DNA of 64,000 nt, from contig NC_045715.1 in NCBI RefSeq assembly GCF_009834535.1, forward strand, positions 5,022,001 through 5,086,000. The letters run 5' to 3'. Shown in pieces: positions 55,431-64,000 of the stretch. A model generated the notes under the pieces. The model worked only from the letters and a program-made list of their open reading frames with translations. It was not told where the DNA came from and did no database searches. This DNA is from Camelus ferus (lineage: Eukaryota). Made by a program: the position numbers and the translations under genes. Numbering within the stretch: the first letter of the stretch is position 1; each line of letters opens with the position of its first letter.

Positions 55431-57300
55431 TTTCATCAATTTTTAGTTTCTTTTTTTTTTTTCCCTCGTGGAGAGAAGGTGCCATTGCTAGTTATTTTTC
55501 TGCCCTATGGGGGATGGACAGGCCTTTGTGGTGACTTGATTGAGGCCACTTATCCCTCTGGTCACCAAATTGTTGTATGGGGTACCTGTTTGCCATGGGA
55601 CCTTGGGGGTCTGGGCTGGTTTGGGGTGTGAAGCTTCCTGCAGAGAAATATCCTTACAAAGTGGGATTCTGCGTGAAGAATCTGTACATCTTGAAACCCA
55701 CAGTAGCATCAGTGATTTCTCTGAATCAGACAAGAGGAGTCCTTAACTGTAGATTGTGATCCCCACGGCCTGGCCAGGCAGCTAATTCTGGAGCAGCTGT
55801 GTTCCGGCAGGGTGACTGTGGTTTCCTTCAATCCGAGGGCATTTGTCTGAATTTTGCTTTATGGGACTGGATGGGACTGGCCTTGGAGACTCTAGTAAGC
55901 ACGGGGGTTTCTGGACAATGCTAGGAGGTTGGTGAGAAGCTGCCAGCAGAGATACTGAACTTCCTACTAATCTGGTATCTTGCAGCCTGAGCCAGGTTCA
56001 ATTTGAAAAATACAAGCACTGTGCCTTCCTGCTGCCCTGAGCCACGGGGAGCTTTCTTCTGGTTGTGGAATGTCTGGGGTCCTCTGCAGAAGCAGGCGGG
56101 TGCCCCATGCCTGTGTATGCTGCTGTCTGTCACAACGTCCATTCTTGCCTGTGACCCTCATGCCCTCGGCTGTCCATCATACCGAGGTGATACCCAGCCG
56201 GGACTAAACCAGGTCTTTCTGCCCCACTCTGTGCCCTGGAGAACATCACAAGACCCCAGCCCAGTGCCGCTAGAGGAGGATGGCCCCCTGTCACCGCCCT
56301 CCATCCCGGTAACTTCCCTCTCTCTCCGTGTCTTCTTTGCTTTCCTGAAAGTGACAGTCTGACCCCGCCCCCCTTCAGTCTGAAAACAGAAACCAACAGC
56401 CAGGAAACTCCTGCCACCTAAGCTGCCCCCTCACCGGCGTCTGGAATGGTGACAAGCTGGTTAGTGCTGAACGTACAACCACCCAGGCGGCCTGAACCGC
56501 TTCACTTGCTAACCCATTTCACGTATTGTTTGTCCTGTTTTACGATGAAGTCACTTGACTGAGCTCGCACAACTGATTAGGGGCAGAACAGGGATGTGAA
56601 CCCCGGCAAACGGACTCCAGAGAACCCAGCCTGTTACGGTGCCTGGAAGCAAGCCCGGAGGTGCTGGGTGAGGATGGGTTGAGGAGATCAGTGCATGGAT
56701 ACATGGATCCTCCAGAACAAGGGGGCTGAACTCCAGCTTTAGATTTAGACAACGTGGGTCACCCTGAATCCAAACACAAGGGGAAAATCAGTGTGTTTGG
56801 GAGGCAGGAAGTGGCGAGACCCAGTACATTTATATTTACGTTTTATTTTTTGAACACAAAAACGATACCTGCTAGTTGAAGACTCTATGGAAAATTCACA
56901 AAAGCGTAAAGAAGGAAATGAAACCATTGGGAAAACCAGTAAAAGCTGTTCCTTTTGGAAATCAGGTATCTCTGGAAAAAAGGTCCCCCCCCCCGAAGAT
57001 CATTTATACCTTTGACTGAATGAATTTCAGAGCCCTTGGAAACTGACTGTGATGAAGGTTTAAGGTTATGGGTGCCAAGGGTCGGTCCTCCTCCCCCACC
57101 TAACTGATGGAGAACTGACTTACGGGGCCCAAGTGGGGTCTAAGCATTGATTTTTGTTAATGGCAACAAAGCAAGTGCCCACTGACCCTCCAAGTGTCTG
57201 GCCCTGAAATGCCAAATCAGAGAATATTCTAGACCTCACACTTCCTGCCCCAAATTGAACCTGTGTGGATGGACAGGAAGGCCGGGCCTGGTTTCCCCAC

Positions 57301-57710
57301 TGTGTCAGTCACGGTTCTCCAGAGAAATGGAGCCAATAGAAAGTGCAGAGATGTATGCAGAGAGATGTACCTGAGGGACTGGCTCACACCAGTGTGGAGG
57401 CTGGCAAGTCCAGAACCTGCAGGGTAGGCTGGCAGGCGGGACCCCCAGGGCCGAGCCCAGGCTGCGGCTCAAGGCCGAAGGAAGGCGTCTGCTGGCAGAA
57501 TTCCTTCTCACTCCAGGGAGGTCAGGCTTTTGTTCTATGAGGACCTTCAGACGAGGGCCACCTGCCCTCTGGAGGGCAGTCTGCTGTGCTTGGACTCTGT
57601 TAATTTAAGTGTTAATCTGATCCACAAAGCAGCCTCACAGAAACATCCAGAATAATGTTTGACCAAATGTCTGGGTATCCGGGCCCAGCCGCATAAAATT
57701 AAGCATCACA
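57301..57710 (-). mobile_element. ERVL LTR (MLT2B-like)
   Basis: tgtgtcagtcacggttctccagagaaa...taaaattaagcatcaca. Confidence 0.75.
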
Positions 57711-57961
57711 TCCACCTAGCCTCGGTCATCGACTCATCGATGGGGAAATGATTCTCCTTCCCCAGGAGGGACCCTGGGTGGCAGGGATGCGGCTGCCCTA
57801 AGGACAGGATGGAGAGCTCACTGCCCTTGAACTCAGCAGGTCTGAAGGAGTGACAGGTCAAGGCTCTGCCCCACAGCCCCCAAACTACCTGGAACCTAGT
57901 AAAGAGCTATGGGGGCGGATGCTATTTTTTTTGAGCCCTTTTTAAGAAAAAAATGCAGATA

Positions 57962-58086
57962 GGGAGGGTGTAGCTCAGTGGTAGAGTGCATGCTTAGCAT
58001 GCGTGAGGTCCTGGGTTCAATCCCCAGTAGTGCCATTAAAATAAATAAACTTAATTACCATCCCCACCCCGAAAAAAGAAAAAAAA
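57962..58086 (+). mobile_element. vic-1-like SINE, sense copy showing the tRNA-Ala-like head
   Basis: gggagggtgtagctcagtggtagagtgcatgcttagcatgcgtgaggtcctgggttcaatcccc + A tail; TSD aaaaaaatgca at 57947-57957 / 58080-58090. Confidence 0.92.
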
Positions 58087-58362
58087 TGCAAAATCAAGGC
58101 CCAGGCTGTGGAAGGGGCCCTGAACCATAGCTTCCTTTCCTCAGTGAATCAGCTGGGGGAGAGAGCAGGTGGGACAGAAGGGCACGGAGGCCACCTGCCC
58201 AGCATCCCTGGGGAGCAGAGAGGAACTTGAATGGTGAATGTTGGGAGACCACGGCCGGGAGTTCTGGCCACAGGGCTTGCCCTGCCTCTCCAGCACAACT
58301 CACCGCCTGCACTGGAGCACAGTTGTCTGAGCTCCTCTCGCTCCAGTGTCTTGCCTCTAAAT

Positions 58363-58577
58363 CAGGGATTGGCAGCCTTTTTCAGTAAAAGACCAGAGGG
58401 TAAATATTTTAGGCTTTGCGGGCCAGACGGTTTCTGTCTCAGCGATTCCACTCAGCTCTTGGAGCACGAAGGAGTCATGAGCGATAAATACAAGCACGGT
58501 TGGGTTCCGATTTAATTTTATTTCTAAAATTAGAGGATGGGCAGATTTGGTCCCCAGGCTGTCATTTGCTGACCTTT
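58363..58577. mobile_element. hAT-Charlie MITE, MER58A-like
   Basis: cagggattggcagcc...gtaaatattttaggctttgcgggcca...tttgctgacc. Confidence 0.7.
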
Positions 58578-59370
58578 ACTCTGGATCCTGTGGTTTTAAT
58601 CTTCAAAAACAGAATCTTTTCTTTAAATAACATCTTCGATCACACCCAGGATGTGACTCGTAAAAGCAGTTGCTCCAGTCAAAGTCTGGGTAGGTGGGAG
58701 GCAGCTCAGAGCCCGGCCACGTAGAAACCCCCCACGGAGCCTCCTGGGCCCAGTGGACCCCAGTGTGAACGCACCATCCCACCCTCATGCGCTCAGGGGC
58801 CACCCTCTCAGCATTGGCTGTAATGTTACCTGTTATCCCACAACTGTATCCAGGCATCCTTGAGAGCATGGACCACGGTCCTTTCATCTTTCTTCCCTCA
58901 TCACAGCGCCCGGCACCGTCAGAGGCTCAGACGCAGGTGTCTCATGCAGTCTGTTGGGGAGCTTGGTCTAACACGAGTCCCTTGTGGCTCAAGACAGCCA
59001 AGTGCTGAGCTGCAGGGGGCGTGCGGGGCGGCGCTCGTGGTCTTCGCAGCTTGACCCCGTCCGCCGTCTCGTCAGGCGAGAGGATGAGGCCCGTGTGTTC
59101 ATCATGTCATTCACTCCCAAACTTCCCTCTCACCTGGGCCAGGGTTTGACTTCCTCACATGTATTAAGTTTGGTTTTTCCCTGTTGTTTTTGGAAATCAC
59201 CTTTCAAGGTTTTCGTGGGAACGATTGGGAGGAAGTGGGGTGGGTGGTGCTGGTGTGTGTGTGTGTGGGGGGGTGTAGGGTGGGGGACGGGGAGGGTTGT
59301 TCAGCGTGCACTGTTCCTTCAGTAGAAAAGGGAACATCTGTTGCAGATATAGGAAGTACGGCCGTCAAAG

Positions 59371-59849
59371 TGCTATGATGCTGAATCTGACGTCCACATG
59401 ACGGGCCCCGTGATGCCCAGATACCTGGTTAAGCATTGTTTCTGGGTGTGTCTGTGAGGGTGTTTCCAGAAGAGATTAGCACTGGGATCAGTGGACTGGG
59501 TGAAGCAGACTGTCCTCCCAGTGGGGGTGGGCCTCACCCAGTCTGCAGGCCTGACCAGAACACGTGGGTGCAAGAAGGGAGAACTCGTCCTTTTTCTGCT
59601 TGATTGTGGGGCTGGGATGTGGGTCTGCTCTCCCCATAGGCCTTCCTGGTTCTCAGGCCTTCAGACCCGGACCGGAACCACACCACTGGCTTCCCTGGGC
59701 TTCCAGCTTGCATAGAGCAGGCCATGGGGCTTCTGAGTCTCCATCATCACCTGAGCCAGCGTCTCATAATGATATATTCATATGTAATATAAATACTACA
59801 TTTATTGATTCTGTTTTGTTTTGTTTTTTTGGATAACCCTGACTAACGC
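59371..59849 (+). mobile_element. ERVL LTR (MLT2C/D-like)
   Basis: gatgcccagatacctggttaagcattgtttctgggtgtgtctgtgagggtgtttccagaagagattagc...accctgactaa. Confidence 0.78.
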
Positions 59850-59989
59850 GGTGCCTTATTCATTGGGTCTAGAATAGCTCCCAGCACACACCCTCAATGC
59901 TGGGTGAATTAAAGGGAATGGCAGGCTAAGGGGCCCTTATCCCAGGGCTCATGATCTGAGTTCCTGCAGTTAAAGAGCTGCACAGAAAG

Positions 59990-61076
59990 CAAAAAATGTA
60001 CACATCGTGAAAATATTAAGTAATGAACTGGCCACGAAGAAAGTCAGCCTCTGCTCAAACATCTGTCCCAGATACCAACTTTCTCTGATCAGAGTCTGGT
60101 GTTACACGCACGCAATGGTACCATGCCAAAATAAACAGACTGCATAATGACAGTGCAGATCTGGCCAAAGAGGTAGAATTTTTCATGAAGCTGACGAAAA
60201 TGTTGGTAGATCACTGCTCAGACCTCATGCAAAGCCATCAGCAAATGAGACTGAAGGCATGGAACCAGTTAAGAAACAAAGAAGAGAAAGTTGACAAGAA
60301 AATTCGGATAGATTCTTCAAAACGGGATGATTTAGACATCGAAGAATTAAGAGACCTTTGGGAGAACCAATGACATCCGTAAATATTTTTATAAAAATGT
60401 GTTGTAAAAAATGAAGGAGGCTATAACATGCAATCGTAGAATTTTATCAGAAAAATTATTCCCCTCCATAAAAGCCTGATTTATTTCTTGTTCGTTGTGA
60501 AAATTAGCTGAAGTTGAAATTATAATGCAGATATTGTTAGATCTAATATAAAAACACCTATGTAATTTTATTTTTCCAGATAAAATTTCAATCCCAACTT
60601 TCCCCCCCATTATTTCGTTGGTACCGATTATCTTCAGACAATGAGGACTGTTTTCCACGATGCTGGGGTGGGAAAAGCTTCCTAAGCAAGATGCAGAGTG
60701 CCGAAGGAAGACTATTAGAATTGACCACTAAAAATTTGATACTTTTGCGTGACAGATTAGCAATAGACAACTTACTGGGTGAAAATCTTTGTAACACCTC
60801 TAATCACAAATGGTTAATAGTCACGATATATAGAAAGCAAATGCAAGTCAGTAAGAAGAAGAAAGGCAAGCCAGTGGCGAGACAGGCACCATGGCTGGTG
60901 AATTCACAGAGGAAGAAAAAGGAGACGAGGTGGAAGCAGTCAACAAACCTGTGAAAGGATTCTCGCCCTTAGTGATAACCAGCAAAGTGCCGATAAAACA
61001 CCAAACCTGTGGATTGCCAAAGTCTCAGAGATAACACCATTAGTGGTGCAGGTGCAAACACATACGCTCTCTCACA
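59990..61076 (+). mobile_element. Degraded L1 ORF2 C-terminal region (old L1M)
   Basis: gggaaaagcttcctaagc...aatctttgtaacacc...aaatggttaatagtcacgatatatagaaagc...aattcacagaggaagaaa...tgtgaaaggattctc follows L1 ORF2 order. Confidence 0.65.
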
Positions 61077-61613
61077 NNNNNNNNNNNNNNNNNNNNNNNN
61101 NNNNNNNNNNNNNNNNNNNNNNNNNNNNNNNNNNNNNNNNNNNNNNNNNNNNNNNNNNNNNNNNNNNNNNNNNNNNNNNNNNNNNNNNNNNNNNNNNNNN
61201 NNNNNNNNNNNNNNNNNNNNNNNNNNNNNNNNNNNNNNNNNNNNNNNNNNNNNNNNTGGAAGGTACCTATAGTATTCCAGACAGGGAGCTGAGTGATGTC
61301 TTATTCGGGGTTGGGCTGGACACAGAGCGAGGGCTCAATCATTATGTGTTAAGTGCATGTACGGAAGGTAGGTTCCTACCTTTCACGGAACTTAAAGTTT
61401 AGAGGATACGCATGAAAACAGATAGAGAAAATGTAGAGGTCAATTGTGTGATGGGGCTTGCACCTGACTCTGACTTGGGGTTTAAGGGAGCTTTCCTGGT
61501 GACCAAGGGTGATGGGAGAATGCACAGAAACAAAAGAGAGTGTGACGAATTTAAGAAACAAAAAAAATTTACCATGACCTGTGGAGTCGTGGGAGGGGTA
61601 AGGAGAGGGAGAG

Positions 61614-61680
61614 AGTGTGTGCGCATGTGTGTGTCCGTGCGTGTGTTTTTGCGTGTGTGGGTGCGTGCACACATGCACAC
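61614..61680. repeat. Imperfect (GT/CA)n alternating purine-pyrimidine tract
   Basis: Read directly from the sequence. Confidence 0.8.
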
Positions 61681-62194
61681 AAAGGGCAGTTGGGAGACAC
61701 GAGGCTGCAGACACAAGCATGGACACCTGAGATCACCCTACAATTTGAGCTTGTGTGTGCTAATACGGTGAACGTGGAAGGCGACCTTATGTAGTTTCAT
61801 TTTGGGAGCAGAGAGTCTGTCAGTGGGATGTCTTTTAATTTTTAGGTTACCTGGATGATGTGACGATATGTACAGTGCAGAGCAGACCCGAAGATGCAGA
61901 CATCACTTTTCTGTGTCGCTGGATCCCGCTCTGGTTCTTGGGTCAGTAGAGGGTGAATGCTCACATTCTGCTTACATTTTCTGGGGCCTGTGTTTACACC
62001 TAAGGGATGTTTCCAGTGGGTCTTATTTTCACACATCATCCTTGTGCAGCTGTGTGTTCTGGGTCAGGCCATGGAGAGCTCGTTTATGCCAGATGCTCAC
62101 TCCTGACACCCGGATTCTCGCCTTACATCTTGCTTGCCAAGGGAATAGCCAGAGACAGCTTTCGCTTCCATGGACTTCTTTTCCTGCGTCTCTA

Positions 62195-62265
62195 AAATAT
62201 ACTAGAAGTTAACACAACATTGTAAATTGACTGTATTTCCGTTAAAAAAATAAAATTAAATTAAC
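62195..62265 (+). mobile_element. Very short L1 3'-end with A tail
   Basis: tatactagaagttaacacaacattgtaaattgactgtatttccgttaaaaaaa. Confidence 0.65.
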
Positions 62266-62529
62266 CTTCTAAAAATCGTAAGAAACCAAAACAAAATAAA
62301 TGATGCCTTGCACATAGTAAGTGCTAAAAACTGACTGAATGAGCAAGTACAAACTAAAATGAAAATAATCTATAATTCCTCATCTTGGGGAAACCACTGT
62401 TCCCATTCTGAGGGGTAATCAGAAGCAGGTGGGATTTTGTGTCCCATGGTCCCCAGTGGTGGGCTGGGTGTGTCCCTGACCCTGGATGAATGCTCAGGCA
62501 GGATGTGTGGCTTTCCTGGTCTTCTTCTT

Positions 62530-63032
62530 CTCCTTTTTTTTTTTTTTTTAATTGAGGTATAGTCAGTTTACAGTGTTGCGTCAATTTCTGGTGCACAGCA
62601 TAGTGTTTTCAGTCATACCTGTACATACATATATTCCTTTTCATATTCTTTTTCATGATAGGTTACTACAAGATACTGAATATAGTTCCCTGTGCTCTAC
62701 AGTAGGACCTTATTGTTTATTTATTTTATATATAGTAGTTAGTATCTGCAAATCCCGAACTCCCAGTTTATCCCTTCCCACCCCTTTCCCTCCTGGTAAC
62801 TATGTTTTCTATGTCTATGAGTCTGTTTCTGTTTTGTAAACAAGTTCATTTGTGTCATTTGTTTTAGATTCCACATATGAGTGATATATGGTATTTTTCT
62901 TTCTCTGTCTGACTTACTTCACTTAGTAAGATCATCTCTAGGTCCATCCATGTTGCTGTAAATGGCATGATTTCATTCTTTTTTATGGCTGAGTAATATT
63001 CCATTGTATGTATATACCAAAACTTCTTTATC
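62530..63032 (-). mobile_element. L1 3'-end fragment (~500 nt)
   Basis: (T)n aattgaggtatagtc...ttagattccacatatgagtgat...gctgagtaatattccattgtatg. Confidence 0.85.
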
Positions 63033-64000
63033 CTTCCTGGTCTTCTTGACTGAGACTGACCTAGAGATCTAGCCTTAATGTGTTTTAGACTTGGCAGATG
63101 TTTAGAGCTGAGCATTTCTTTAGAGGGTTCTTTTGTGGGCTCTTGGAAGAGCCCCCATCAACTTGGATCATGCATCTTCTTTCTCTTGACACAACTGAGT
63201 ACATCTCTGTAACAGCTGGTCACCTGTGACCCCTTCACAGTCTCTTGGCATCTGGCTGTACCCCCTGGACTCTATTAGGGGTCCCCTATAGGGAAGCCCT
63301 TTTAGGGCAGGATCTCAGACTGTCCCTCCCCAGCTTTATCTCATGGCCCATCCTTTGCCCATCACATATCCTTTACCATGACATCCTTTACCACCTTTGG
63401 CTGGGGCCATGTGCAGTCCAGCAGCAGCCTCTCCTTGCCTCTGCCCACAGTTCAGGAACCGACCAATCCTGCCCCCTTTAGACTTAACAGGCGTGAGTCA
63501 GACACCTGTACTTCTGAGCACCCCGAACAAGGGACACGCATTATATTTTCTAAGTGGTCCCACTAAAGCCCCTTTCCCTAGGATTGAGGCGAGGGAAAAG
63601 CATCCCCACCCCACTGCGGTGGGTAGCGGGGGGACACACACGCTGAGAACTCTCTCCACACATTCCTTTGTCAGTGTCCCCTGGCTCTTCTTTTCTTCAT
63701 GTGGTTGTGGGACCCCAGCGTCATGCATCAATTTTGAAAATGTGTATCACCAGCTCTCACCTCTCTTTGGAGTAGGGTGTATGTTGTCTTCCTGCTTCAG
63801 GCAAAGCTTGTGTTTTAACATCCTGTTACAATGTCTCCGAACCTTGGTCCCTGGTCTGTAAACGTGGATAAGTGTAGGTATGGACGTGCTGTCTGGCTGC
63901 TGGGAGGACGGGGGGAGGTCATCTAAACAAAGTCTGAAGTGAGTCTGGCATGGAGCAGGTGCTCAGCCGGTGGTTCTTTCCTGCCCACATGACCCCATGC

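Noticed and set aside
57962-58035. tRNA-Ala gene
   Set aside because: It has a SINE tail, an A-rich end and a TSD, the acceptor stem is degenerate, and eight further family members lie in the window.
60185-60954. Lys-rich ORFs as a novel gene or transposase
   Set aside because: They lie in a degraded L1 ORF2 remnant and are short frameshifted pieces.
14320-61402. ORFs containing X runs (14320, 26282, 34822, 35094, 61009, 61043)
   Set aside because: Artefacts of reading through N gaps.
63366-63392. Tandem ATATCCTTTACC / ACATCCTTTACC resembling a USSE
   Set aside because: It lies 20 kb outside SNRNP48 with no host exon or upstream 3' splice site I can support. A 15-nt micro-duplication explains it.
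63033-63560. Possible LTR abutting the L1 fragment
   Set aside because: I could not identify termini, TSD or family by eye, so it is left unannotated.

Overview
This is mammalian genomic DNA, probably camelid; that is inferred only from the short tRNA-Ala-derived SINE, which resembles camelid vic-1. Positions 1-25.05 kb hold the 3' part of desmoplakin (DSP, + strand, coding exons 5-24, all GT-AG). Exon 19 lies almost entirely inside an N gap. Positions 28.2-42.9 kb hold the complete SNRNP48 gene (U11/U12 48K, + strand, 9 exons, CpG-island promoter). The rest is a repeat-rich intergenic stretch, which in human lies towards BMP6. I found no prokaryote-style systems and no clear new protein-coding gene. 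The most notable observations are: (i) four +1 frameshifts, three in DSP and one in SNRNP48, which all look like both alleles of a synonymous CpG transition written side by side, probably an assembly artefact; (ii) a TSD-flanked chimeric retro-copy of an intron-4 SINE plus about 220 nt of its unique flank, inserted in DSP intron 9; (iii) a ~149 bp, ~95% identical inverted duplication of ancient MIR-derived DNA at 49.2/50.1 kb; (iv) an orphan CpG-rich promoter-like element at 46.0-46.4 kb; (v) the known SNRNP48 autoregulatory USSE is not visible and may be hidden in intron-4 gaps; (vi) a U6 retropseudogene in DSP intron 20. All alignments were made by eye against recalled human sequences, and repeat boundaries and family names are approximate.
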